From positions 133,550,001 to 133,614,000 of the forward strand of contig NC_058368.1 of NCBI RefSeq assembly GCF_018350175.1: a DNA stretch of 64,000 bases, given 5' to 3'. The notes beneath the pieces were generated by a model. That model did not search any database, was not told the origin of the DNA, and was given only the letters and a program-made list of their open reading frames with translations. This document shows, in pieces, positions 39,602 to 52,199 of this stretch (positions within the stretch are counted from its first letter, which is position 1; the number at the start of each line of letters is the position of its first letter). A program made the position numbers and the translations under genes. This DNA comes from Felis catus (Eukaryota).

Positions 39602-42418
39602 CTATCTTAGGTTTTAAAAAAAACCTCCTCAAAGCATTCCTCGTGGCAGTTTTTCAGTGAACCTTAAGTTGCTGCAGAGTGGGTATAATCAGAACGAATG
39701 TTTACTTTGGGGTAACCAGTGTGAAACTAGTGAAGAGAGGTAACTTCTTTTTAAATTTGTGAAAAATTTAAAAAGTTAAATTTAAAAAGTTAACTGACCA
39801 GCTAAATCAGATGGCAAACCTGTATCCTTATACCAAACGATATAACTGTAGACAGGAATTACAAGATCTCAGTCTACCATTTTGTTGAGAATGTGTGTAA
39901 GCTTATGCTATCCCCACTCCATCCCCGCTCCCATTTTGCTCAATCAGGATTAGAATTGTTTTTGTTACTGTGAGCCATTTATTGGAATGATCACTAAAAT
40001 TTGAATTTTACCCATATTGCAGTGTCCATGGATTTTGAGTGTTCTTTGGAGTAAATTATGCCTGCAATACAGTATGCATGGGGTGTATTCATACAAATAC
40101 CTTTTTAAAAAAATCAAGTACTACGAAGCCCCTGGCTTTAGAGTATAATTAATGACAAAAGCTAGGAAATTTTATTTGAATACACATATAAGAGCATTAA
40201 ACACTGAGGTTGGTACTTTTTGAATTAACTCACAATATTGTGAACAAATTCCATAAAGGTGTTAAATTGCAGGAAAGATGAGTTTATTAATGGAAATTAG
40301 ACTAGATCCTAATTATTACCTGTGAATAGTGTCATCGCTTGAAGTTTTTATTGCATTTTAACACATGGCTTATCTTGATGAGAAAATATATAGCAAAGGG
40401 TAAATGTAGCAATTTTCCTTTTACTATTCCCTCTGCTAAGCCATTATTGCTGGATGTTATTTTTCAGCAGCCTTTCATTTTTGTCCCAAATGTTTTTGCC
40501 TCTGGCTGGTTTTATTTCTTTAAAATGTATGTATCACTTCTCAAAGTGATACATTTTGACAGGTAATCGATATTTTTTCATACTAGATTTGATGCTGCAG
40601 TGGTTCTAATCTTCATCTTAGACTTAGTTAATGGTTGAATACTAAACTAGATTTTTATCTCAAAATATTCTTTTGTTAAGAAACATACTTTCCTCCCTTA
40701 ACCAAATTCCTTTTTATCACTCCCACCCACCAAACATCTGTAGCTGCCTCGTGCCTGGGATACACAGAGTCAACTTATCTGGGATACACATCACTTGACT
40801 CTTTGACAGGGTGTCCTCGAAATGTCTTGAGATAGCATTTGCAGCTAGCTTACCCAATTGGTCACAGAAAAGATACTTCTGGCCTCTGCTGGGTTTTTTT
40901 TTTCTCTCTCCTTCCTGGCAACCTATATGAGCTTTATTTCAAGGGGAAAAAAATCTCTTCCCTTCCTTCTCTGTAGGGAAAACTTGCTGTACCCTCCCCT
41001 AGACCGTGTTTTCGCTAGACTGATCAGCGCAATGAAGATGGCAGTATTCAGAGCACAGGCATGTGTAAGGACCCCGGCTTGGCTTTTGCTCTTGAAAGTT
41101 CAGGTTCTTAGGTCATGATTTTTTTTTTTTTTCCTTTTCCTGAAACCAGCTAGGAGTTCCTTATGCCTCTGTGCGCAGATGACAGTGACAGTCTAAGTTG
41201 GTAAATATATTCTTACCTGCTGCCAAGGCACTTTGTCTAAGATGCCACTTCAAATTTCAGGCAACTGTTCGTGCTCCTCTCTCAGGAGGGTGACTTGAGG
41301 GAGAAAGGTCAACAACTGTCATACCTTTTGCTTTCATTGAAGGAAAAGGTCTCCCTTTTGCAGGAAAAGATTCAAGTACAGGTGGGCCTGTCAAGAATGG
41401 GGACCTATTTCCACCAGCTTGGCAGATCTCTCACAGGTAGGAAGCAGACCTTACCCTCCAGGCTTTCAGGCTTTTTCTTTGGGTTGTTTCCTTCCTTTTT
41501 GTTTGTTTGTTTTCCTTTTTGTTTTGTCCTTCCATGTAAATAAACACATACGGTTTTTTGAAATCATTTTCAAACCATTGTTTGCAGTAGAATTTTTTGG
41601 TGCCTTTTGGCTTGCCCCCGGATCAGTTTGGTGCTCGCTCTTTGCTTTTAGAGATTGCACGACTTCTGCACATGGGAAAGAGAACTAAAAACTCCCTGGG
41701 GTTTTGTTCCTTAAGTGGTGTCAAATGTGCACACGTAAGTGGAAGAGCACACTGACACCCTTCTCTGCTGATGCCTCTGCTAGTGGTGGCATTTTTTGAC
41801 AAGGTTTCTCTTTGTCTGAAGATATATGCGAAGACTATTTGGGAACATAAAATGCAATCAATTTTCCTCAGTGGTTAGATTCATAAATCCCCAAGCTATT
41901 TTTAATGACATAATCTAATCAATTGATAGCACGCCTAATAGTGTGTTGACAGCCAGAAAGAGACAGGAAGCTCCTGTAACAGCAGATGGGTGGGTAAGGA
42001 ACCTCTAATACTTCCTTCCCTGCCCCCCACACTTAGACGTCAGATATCTGGGCTAAGGTAAAACCCAGGAAATGTGGACTTAAAAAACAAATGCCCTTGT
42101 CTTACTCACTCCCTTTCATTCAAGAGAAAGTCTGTCTAATGGAGAGAGTGAAGGCCAATGTGGTTTTCAGATGAATTGCAGAGGGTCCTAGAATCTGCCT
42201 TCTCAGAACCCAACTATAATCTCAATTTCAATATCTTGAGAATAGAAATCAAGGGAGAATAATTTGTTATAAATTGGTAGTATCGTATATCGTTACTCCT
42301 GGGCCAGGCCAGTAATGAAAACTTAATATTCATCTCTTGGTTGCTTTGAATTGAAATCAGATGAGGAGGAGCAGAGTAAACAAGATGAAACAGACTGTGA
42401 AATTGCACATGATGGGAA

Positions 42419-42420
<2 letters not shown>

Positions 42421-42453
<33 letters not shown>
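42421..42453 (+). repeat. Poly-T run (T33)
   Basis: Read directly from the sequence; no SINE or L1 body is adjacent. Confidence 0.9.
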
Positions 42454-42457
<4 letters not shown>

Positions 42458-42899
42458 CTGATAGACTGTAAATAGGTTAATATTCCAACTAATGATGGCT
42501 CTTAGAATTTCTTCTGCCTTCTTACATTTTGGTCAGGTATCAACAAAACTTAAGTTACTATCAGGAGGGAAATTGTTACCGAAAATGTTTCTGTCTTTGG
42601 GCCAGGAATCCACTGGCAAGGTACTTATGTAAATGAATGGGCTTTCACCCTGGGAAGTGTGAAGTGTTTTGCCAAGGCAGGAAGAGCAGCCGCCCAGAGC
42701 CCTCTGTTTTCAGGGTTTCAGGCAGCGTGTTCTGCTCCGTTTTTTCTTTGATGCCATCAGAAAGGATGAGCGGCAGGCACAGTGGTGCTGCTTGGCTGAC
42801 CAGCTGTGCCCTGGTTTTTCACCGTCCCAGTCAGTGGCTGCCTTTTACGGAGGTGTCTGTCACCCCTGATTTACTTAGCCACTTTGACCTTATCGTTGC

Positions 42900-43276
42900 T
42901 TCAGAAGGGGCTTGACCCACAGCCGCTGCCGAAAGCCATTTACGGGTCGCCCGGAATGCCAGAGCCAGCATTTTGAAGGAGAAGGCGAAACAGGGATCCC
43001 ACGATTTCCCCTCTGATAGCAGGAACCGACTCCGCCTGGCTAAACGCATTAGGTACCTGAGCCCACTTGCTGCGCTCTCCCAGCGAACTGCAAGCCTCCG
43101 TGATCTCCGAAGTTGCTGGAGTGAATAACTAAGTGGGACCAGCTGACTCTGGGCTCCAATCAGCTAGAGCGTGATGTAAGTGTTCAGCAGCTGCCGGGCT
43201 CTGAATTAGCGTGCCGAAGTAGAGGTAGTACAGCATGGCTAGACTGTTGTGAGGCTCAGAGAAAGCGGAGGGGGAG
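42900..43276 (+). promoter_or_regulatory. MAST4: Internal CpG-enriched promoter and 5' UTR of the short MAST4 isoform
   Basis: Visible CpG enrichment at ~42920-43480. CCAAT box CCAATCAG at 43156-43163, TGATGTAA at 43172-43179, and CAGCTG E-boxes near 43140 and 43188, all directly upstream of the MDESS exon. The TSS cannot be determined from sequence. Confidence 0.7.
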
Positions 43277-43315
43277 ATGGATGAGTCCAGCATTCTAAGA
43301 CGAAGAGGGCTCCAG
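43277..43315 (+). CDS. MAST4: Coding part of an alternative first exon of MAST4 (short isoform starting MDESSILRRRGLQ)
   Basis: gagATGGATGAGTCCAGCATTCTAAGACGAAGAGGGCTCCAG|gtagga encodes MDESSILRRRGLQ. Kozak context is strong (-3 G, +4 G) and the donor is phase 0, matching the upstream exon. It matches the MDESS(I/L)LRRRGLQ-KELSLPRRG N-terminus I recall for MAST3 and short MAST4. Confidence 0.9.
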
Positions 43316-45287
43316 GTAGGAGATGCTTCCGTTCTTGAAATGTAGCATCGTGAGTGGTCTGCCATTGCGGGTTTCAAAGTTCCCTTTTCATTCCTGGACT
43401 GGGCACAGATACGTGCACGGTTCTTCGTATCCACTTGGCGATGTGATGTGCTAAGTCTCTAGTTACGGGGTTCGGTGACATATCACAGGGTTCAATGAGA
43501 AAGGCTGTTTTGTCAGAGACAATAGATAGGACTCGGAGTTTGGTACTTTGTGGGTTGTTTTCCTGCTGGGTGTTCAAGAATAGTTGAATTGTGGCTGGCG
43601 GTGACAGCTGATGAGCCGATTTGGCATTCTGTCAAGTGTCTGGGAAGTCTGTGGAGGGTGGCAACTCCATTCAGTTCTGGGAACACAGGACTCACTTTTG
43701 TGTCAGGATCAACCTCCGAGCCGCAGCGGCATCTGTCTGATGGCCTTGCAGATGTGTGCAGCTGCTGGGAGTTTTCTTCTGCCAGTGAGATGAAAGTTTC
43801 TGCTGGTAGTTCAATCAGAGTTGTCTATAATTTGTTTATGTTGAGATGAGGAAAAGATACGTTATCTTACTGCCTTGATGATTGTGCCCGAGTTTCTCTA
43901 ATTAAATTACTCCAGCTTGAGTGTAGAAATGTATTCCAAGTTAAAACTTGGCAAATCAGACAACTTGAAAAAACAAAACAAAACATCTGCTTAGTTGTTT
44001 GTAAGTTTCAGGAAGCCAAAACGTAAGTATGTTCAAAATTAGTATGTTTAACTCCTTGATAACTTTTTCCTGTATTTAGGTGGTGTTTTTATTTTTTTTC
44101 TGAAAGAATCTAATGACTAGCCATTGTTAAACTCTCATTCATTATTTTTGAAAAAAAAAAAATCAAACACATACTTGATCGTACAGAATATATAGACAGG
44201 GCATATCTAGAAATGCTTCCAGATAGTCCTTAATAGTCTTTGACTCACAGCTGGTCGAGTTGTCTGCTTTTTGTTCTCAGTGTCAATTACTAATTCAACT
44301 ATAATTCATATTATAATATTGTGGGCAAATTAAAGGATTATCTGCAGGTAAACAAAAGAGGGATTAAAGAAATTGGGGTTAAATGTCATCTATTGTTCCC
44401 AACCTACGTAAACAGACTGCCTCTTTAATGATTTTCACTGTGGTCATTGTTTTGAATGTACAGTGCTGTTAGTCACTGCTGTGGATTTCCTTTTCTTTGT
44501 TTTCATCCCATCTATAAAGTTCTGGTAATGCACAGCTGTTTGTGTGGCTCCGTGTCCTCTTTGGGGTCATTGGTTAAATATGGAAAGTCTCTTTGTCAAA
44601 AAGATGATAAGCTATTAAGCTCCTAGGGGTTCTGCTTATTCATCAGTGGCAATTCTGCTAAGTTTTCTCTTTCCTTTAATGCATTTTAGATGATTGTTTA
44701 ATGTATATTTGATAAGAAACTCCTTTTTGTGCTTCATTTCTCTAGTATACGTTCTCATCACTTCGGAGGGCATGATTGAAATATGGTGCTTTTGAGGAGT
44801 CTAGATCTCACAGAACTTTTAATTTTAGAAATAAATCATTATTGTGGTTATTTAAAATACTAGAGTTACCTTTTATCTAAAAGATTTGTGACAAAACAAA
44901 GGAAACATAGCTCATTAATACAGTACTTAGAGTGCTGGCTGGTCATCGTACTTAACATACTTTTACTATATCTGCCATAATCTATGACAGAATGGATAGA
45001 ATGTCTGATTTCTTTTATGAATGAGAAAAGTCTTCATGCTGTGAGGAATAACAATATAAAAGTGTCTAAAAGTTCTGCCACCTCATAGTTACAACTTAAC
45101 TTTGACTAAAACCTATTTTTCTTTTACTCCCATTGTATCTAATATTTTTTAAAAGACATCTCTTATACAGAGTAGCTATTTTAAGAAATTGCTGTACAAG
45201 GAATCTATTTACAAAATACAAAATTTAAGCATGTGTTTGTATTAGGAAAGATGTGGAAAGATGTCACTGTGGAGTTCGTGAGAATAA

Positions 45288-45300
45288 CGCCACCTAGTGA
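45288..45300 (-). promoter_or_regulatory. Candidate CTCF site, reverse orientation
   Basis: Plus strand cgccacctagtga reads TCACTAGGTGGCG on the minus strand, a near-consensus core. Confidence 0.45.
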
Positions 45301-47511
45301 ATTTAAGAATTAAGTTAATTTACAAATACACACTATTTGAAACATTTCAACATGCAAATGAGATACATCTGTAGTGGTGAGGCTAGGCTGAAACCTACAC
45401 ATTTTGTAGTCCTGATACAGACGCTATGTTTTGCGAGGTAATTTTGAGCAAGTCCTGTACCCTCAGCATATGATTATTTTTCCATCAAATGCACATTGTA
45501 GCATAAGACCTTTGAGTGTAGTAAGTAGGACAGAAATATAAATGAGGTTTTTAAAAGTTAATGGCTATATAATAAGTACACTAGCCTATGGTAGGCACTC
45601 AATAAATACGTTGTTGAAAAGCAAGGGCTATTATTTCTTTTTATAACATATATCATAACGAGCAAGATGAAATAATTAGATCTTTACTCCATGCATACTA
45701 TTTGAATTTGTTTTTAAGTGAGAAGAATCAGCAGTAAAGACAGTAAACACTATTTATTTACAGGGATCATTTTGACAGGACTATAGGATTTTGTACAATA
45801 ATAAGAGTCTGTTGGTGTGCCGCACTGAATAAATGCATAGTGTATGGAACAGACCAGTTTTTTAAATAACATAAAGCCTAGTCAAAAATCTGGAGCACAC
45901 AAATACTGTAATTCCATACGATTGAATTTTATAATAATGTAGCATGTGTTTGGAGTAAAATAATGCGGTACGTGTTAAGAACGTATTTTTCCAATTTCAG
46001 TACCTCTGGCTCTTAAAACACAGGAATACTAGTGGTATTTTTAATGTTTGGTCTTTGGGAAATTATTTTTGGTCAGAACATGTAATTTCTCAAGGCATGA
46101 CTACCTCATAAAAGGGCAGCACAACTGAGTTGTTCATCTGAAGTGACTGCACTTTTCCGTCTTTTCTGTGGACTGTGTTAATATTTCCAGTACTACTGAT
46201 AGCCCTTCAATCACGGCCTTGGAAAGGAGAATGGGAGAAAGAGGCCCCAGTGGCTTCCACTGTTGGAATCTGGGAAACTTTTCAGACTGCATCTCAAAAC
46301 ATGGGAAATTCTGACGGATGGATGGGCTTGGGCAGACCTTGGACTTGGGGCAGTTTGAATTTCTAGACAGGTCTAATGCATCAAAGGATAACTGGCTCCT
46401 TTCAGTGCTAATATTCCTCATACACGGATCATATTTTTTGGCTGTCAGGGAAATTAATTGTTTCAGTGATTTTTGTTATATGTTTCCATTGTATTTGTTT
46501 TCATGAAAGTGTCCCTTATCCCTAATGTGATAGCTCCCAAGCCTGGAGAAAAATGAATAGGCATCGTTAAAGCAGCAAGGAATCACTAAAAGAGGGAGGG
46601 GTCTCCCAGGGAGACGTCCTAGGGTTCCTCTCCTGTCATCCACTTGTGTTTTGCTTTGCCTGGTATCATCTGTTGATTTCCCTCCTCCCCAGTTACACAT
46701 GACGGTTTCAATCCACTTCCAGGCTCTCATGTGCAGCTAGAATGTTAAGTTGTTTTTCCTGTGTGGTGCAGTTAACAACAAAACCTTTTGACTTCAGACT
46801 TCTGGATTTTGTTAGGTTTTTTGTTTTGTTTGTCTCCCTCTACACCTGGCCTCATCTCCCAACCTTAACTGAAACAATAGCAAAAACCTAACATTATTAC
46901 TTTGGCCTAGGCTCTGATTTCCCACCAACCTTCATCTCGAGTTCAGTTTTAGTAAGCAAAGAAGCAGGTGGATTCTTGTGTTCTGACTGGATGCCCAGCT
47001 TCCTCTGTTTCTCAGTCCTTGAATGTAGGTCATTCAAGTCCTGATGTCTGAGTGCGTCTTCTCTGTCAACTTTAATGTGATTCTGGATGTGTTTACACTT
47101 GACCTAAAGTTCCACGGCAGTATCATTGTGTGGGACTATTACTCTGTCCTCATTCATTTGAAGACTCTGTATAGTTAGAGGGAGGAAGTTGAGTTAGAGG
47201 ATTAATAATAGAAAGTTATGATAGTAATACTTGGGGATCAAATACTTTTGTTCTTCAGAGGTTCCAGAAAGGCAAAGAGGCTTATTTGGGACAGGAAGAA
47301 TCAGGATGGCAAATGAACTTTTGATAGTGACAAGTACTACTTGATTAGACCAGCTGTGGCTGTATCTGAAGGGGTGTTTCTTATCCATTGAAGAAGTTCA
47401 ATTTCTGTCTCTGAGATGGAGATAAAAAGTTGTAGTTTCCTGATTCACAGAGGATAAGGATAGACTGTCCTCCAGATCTCATGTTCACTCAGATTTCTAT
47501 TTTATTCTCAA

Positions 47512-47745
47512 TTTTTCTTTTTTTAAGAAAAAATTTTATTTACTTATTTTTGAGAGAGAAAGAGAGACACAGACACAGAGCATGAGTGAGGGAGGGGCAG
47601 AGAGAGAGGGAGACGGAATCAGAAGCAGGCTCCAGGCCTTGAGCTGTCAGCACAGAGGCTGACACAGGGCTTGAACTCAGGAGCTGTGAGATCATGACCT
47701 GAGCTGAAACCAGACTCTTAACGGACTGAGCCGCCCAGGCGCCCC
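47512..47745 (-). mobile_element. Can-SINE
   Basis: Poly-T, (GA)n, ends ...ctgagccgcccaggcgcccc. Confidence 0.93.
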
Positions 47746-48657
47746 CTCAGTTGTTTTCCTTAACGCCTTTTTGTAACCGTGTAAAATAGATTTGAATAGT
47801 AGTTCCTCTTTTGCCCCTCCTTATTCTCTGATGCAGCCTGACAAACCAGAAAACTGTCATCTCAGGATTTTTGTCAGTGAAATACTAATTCTTTAAGTCA
47901 TCACGTTCCCACCCTTGATTTCTGCGTCTGTGGCCTGCTGTCCCCAAGCCCTAATAATTCTATAAAAATAAGCCCAGAGTGGAAGGCTACCGTCTTTTGC
48001 CTTCGAAATTCTGAGGTATCTGGTATCCCTTTGTGTTCAGGCCCTTCTCCAATCCATGCTGGTTGTCAGCTTGGATGCCCACAGCAACCGCATGGTTTAA
48101 ATTTCCCATGTGATTTATTATCGACCTCTGGATAGAGTAAAAACATACCTGACTCTTTTTAATGTAGCCTCAGTCTCCTTTTTTGGTTTCATTGCCAGCT
48201 TTTTGCCTTGGAGTACCCTTTCCCATCACCCTCTCTCTCCAGATGCCATAGGTCACCTTCCCCTAAAATGTTCTTTCTTTATTTTGCCCAACTTCCTGGT
48301 GCTCATTAAGAACTACAGCAAATTCTCACTCTTTAATGAAATTTTCCATAATTACTGCATTCCACTCTGGACTCGATAAGAGTCAGCATCTCTTTTATTT
48401 GCACACCTAGTCCTGTTGCATGATGTGTTGTTTTAAAATTATTTGAGTGTCCTACACTGAAATTATAAATCCATTGAAAAAAAAAAAGAAAATTCATGAT
48501 TTTAGAGTAGATTATGTGTTCAGTGACAATGAATAGCTCTGTAACTTCAGACAAATTGCTAACTACCTCTGTAAAATGGCAATAATAAATAAGGTATTTG
48601 AAGGTTGGAGGAGGTTATAAATCCTGTAAGTGCAGTATCTGGCACAGGGTACTTATT

Positions 48658-48870
48658 TTTTAATTTTTTTTAACATTTATTTATTTTTGAGAGACAGAGA
48701 CAGAGCGTGAGCAGGGGAGGGGCAGAGAGAGAGGGAGACAGAATCAGAAGCAGGCACCAGGCTCTGAGCTGTCAGCACAGAGCCCAGTGTGGGGCTTGAA
48801 CTCACAGACCGCGAGATCATGACCTGAGCAGAAGTCAGACACTTAACTGACTGAACAAACCAGGTACCCC
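48658..48870 (-). mobile_element. Can-SINE inserted into a MIR
   Basis: TSD tggcaca(g/c)ggtacttatt at 48640-48657 and 48871-48888. MIR-like ctctgtaaaatggcaataata lies upstream. Confidence 0.93.
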
Positions 48871-48959
48871 TGGCACACGGTACTTATTAAGTTAACCTTA
48901 GTACACTTCCTCTGTATTGCCACAGAGCCTTGCATAGTGTGATTTTAAATAATTAAATG

Positions 48960-49420
48960 TGGCTATCAGGCAGGATCCAGGCAATAAAAGATGGTGTTCA
49001 TGAACTGGATAATTTGTGGCGAGTTTAATGAAAAGGAAGGTGTAGGCAGGGTACAGGCAAAGTTTAAGGGATGATGGAGTACTAGAGGCTAGAAGCAACA
49101 GGGAGCTATCACCTTCACTAGGCCTGAAGGAGGGAGGTGGGGAGCAGTTGTAGAACCTCAAGACAGAGAAGGCCGGTGACAGGTGCCTTAGGTGAAGCTG
49201 CATAGCCAGCCCATGGTGATTCTGCAGGGAGGTGCCAAAGGAATATTGCAACCTTCTTTCCCCCCTTCCTTCTGAACTCTTCTGCTCCTCATTGGCAAAA
49301 CCCAGTCAGAAGCCAGATGGGCAAGTGAGCCTGTGGATGTTATTCATGCAAGCAGACTGCGAGGCCCAGTACAGAGTGGGGACTGGGTCTGGGTGGGCGA
49401 TGGGAGTCCACGCAGCATGG
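48960..49420. mobile_element. Old ERVL/MaLR-class solo LTR relic
   Basis: Phrases such as tcaggcaggatccagg and ctcattggcaaaacccagtcagaagccag resemble LTR16/LTR33-like elements. Family uncertain. Confidence 0.45.
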
Positions 49421-52199
49421 CGTGTATTTAGCATGTGTTGAACTGCTCCCTGCTCTTACTGGCAGCATTTTGCTAGCCACAGTCAATGTTGACATTTTAT
49501 AGTGTAGATCTCTGGAGGCTGAACTGAGTTTAAGCATTTGAAAAGATTCAAAGCTGCTTTTTTGTGCAAAGCCCTCAACCATTTCCCACTTACATGTAAT
49601 GATGTCTTTCTAGTCAGCTCTGGATCCTCTTGGGAAAATGTTCGTCCCCTTCTGCTTGAGGATCTGAAGCACATGGGTCTCCTTTGAATCAATAATGCAG
49701 GACATCTGCTCTTGAGGTCCTGCAAGCAATCTCAATTTTGAATTGCTCAGCTCTTGAGATGGTGGCACAGAGAAGGGAGGTGTGAGAGGAATATGCCAAG
49801 AGATCTCTTCCCATTCCTCCCCCAGCTTCCCTGGAGGTCTGCCCTGTCACACTCTGACTGTCCATCTCTGCTCTCCCCAAAATCTTTTTACAGAGTTACG
49901 ACTTCACATCATGTCCTTGGCTCTTAGTGAGAGTTGCTAGAAGAAACGGCTTTGAGAGCTGGTCTCTGTGCTTTGTGTAAAACTCCCCTTGAAGTCCTAT
50001 CCGTTATGATGCGCAAAGTCTCTTACCTTAGGCCCACATGATAAATCAGATTAGCGTTCACAACTCACAAAGGGCCTTCCTCTCCAGGTGAACCGGTTTG
50101 CCTCTTTGAATCAGGTAATGAAAACTGGCTCTGTCTTGCCTCTTTCCTCCCAGTGATGAGAACAGTTTCATACTCGGTTACAGTGGCTCTCTACATAAAC
50201 ATAGCCACCATTTCTCTGCCTAGTTCCCTCTTTTAGGAGTTACGTGACCTTATGTATTATGTCTTTTAAAAATCCCAAGTTGCCTGAAAAGGTTTTTCTG
50301 TAAGAACTGAAAGTTTAGTACTATTGCGCTTAAAACAGTGAAATCATTTCAGGAATGATTTTAGAAGAAGACAAAAGGAGATGGAAAGACCAGCTAATCA
50401 ATAAACTAGGTAAACTATAAAAATTGTGAGTTACGTGAACTTCCAGAGATCAATATGCATGCAGCCACCAATCATTTTATCGCTGACACCAGAGCCTAAC
50501 GAAATTAAAGTGTTTGATTTTAGTTGAAACTTAGGTTGCAAATAAATTATGAGTTACGGGAGAGCTTTTTCAAGTGTCTTAGCATGTATTTGTCTTGGAA
50601 GCAAAGGCATGGAGGTTGGCAAATGACTTTTGAGACATGCATGTTAGAAGACAATACTGCCGTTAAAATCATGGCTTTGACAATTATTTCACGATGGGGA
50701 AAACGCTGGCACTAATAATTTGAAGTGAAGAAAGGTAACTAAACCATGTACATAATGCACGTTTAATCCCACAGACATTAGTCTGTGAGGCAGGGATGAG
50801 AAGCTGGAAGTGGGGGGGGAGAGAAAAAAATAACGGATCTAACATATATGAATATACCTAACACAGGTTAAGAATGCATTTTGTTCTTCATGTAAAACAA
50901 CAGGAAGAAAAGGCCCTGAAAGGTTAATTGTATCTTGATGGTGGGATCTAAACATTTTTCTTTGAACTGGTCTATAGTAAGCATCTATTACTTTGTCATC
51001 TTTCAAAACTGTGGGATTTGGGGGCCTAGTTTTAATTCTTTGGCATTGTTGTCTAAGAAGAAGTTTTATACTGCTCAACAACATCAATGACAGAAGCTCT
51101 TCAAGACGCTTTTTTTATTTTTTATTTTATTTTGTGTATCTTTATGGAATTGAGAAAGGTAAATCAATTCTAATGTGATACCTAGTTCTAGACCTTAGGA
51201 CGGTGGTTCAACTGAATCTGTCCTTTTGAACTACCCGGAGAGCTTCCAAAGCCTGAGGCCTAGATGCAACCTGTGTGAATTAAATTAGCACCTTTCAGCT
51301 GTGTGCAGCCAGGATTGAGCCCCTCTGCCCCGAGGGGATTACTTGTCCAAGGAACCCTAAATCATGGAACCTCTACTTCTGTATCTCCAGTGCAAGGTTT
51401 GACAGACTTCAAAAGGTGTGACCTCCTTCAAAAGGTTTGGCCTCCTTTTTTCCACTGAGACGTTGCTTTGTTTTTACGGAGAAGGAGGTAGATGCGCTCC
51501 GTGTATTTGTTTTTTTTGACTTCCCAAGCAATAACAAAGATTGTCATGTGCGAGCTCAAACCAGTAACAAACTCAGCTCCAGGGGGGATTTATTAGAGTG
51601 GTGGGGCTGGAGGCAGCCTTAGACCATTACCCTGAAAAGACCCAGGGCACTGGTGGTGTCCAGGCCCACTTTTCCATTTTTTTAAATTGCTGGGATATGC
51701 CCCATCATTTGCATCTAGAAACCACCTCAAGGGCCTGGTAAGACCGTTGCTTTGTCCCTTGAAGCATTGTCCTAATGCTTAGATATTACACGCCTGTGGT
51801 TTGGAACTCTTACTCTAGATATTCTTCAGTAGTATTTTTGTTGAGTTCAGCACACATTTGCTATTCTACTTAGATTGTGAATGCAGATGCTTTTGATTCT
51901 GGCAGTCAAGCATGGAAGTCCATTCTTTGCCTTTCTTTCAATAAATGTATCGTAATAATAATGATAGCAGCAGCAGTGTATTTTGACCAGGTTGGTGTCA
52001 GATCACTGAATATTGGGTCTTGACACTATTGGACTTCCCATCCCAGGCTTCAGCGTTACAGAATGAGTGGAATATGGTACTGACCCACCAGGGGCTTATC
52101 ATGGGGAAGATGCACGGCTGTTGAGGCAGCAGCCAGGGCTGGGTCCTGCGTCTGTCACAGGGCAGAGGCATACACTACGGGGCTGGCTCTGCCGTGGGA

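Noticed and set aside
43174..43181. ATG-TAA start-stop and GTAAGT donor-like motif
   Set aside because: Lies just after the CCAAT box and probably upstream of the TSS; no supporting upstream exon or acceptor.
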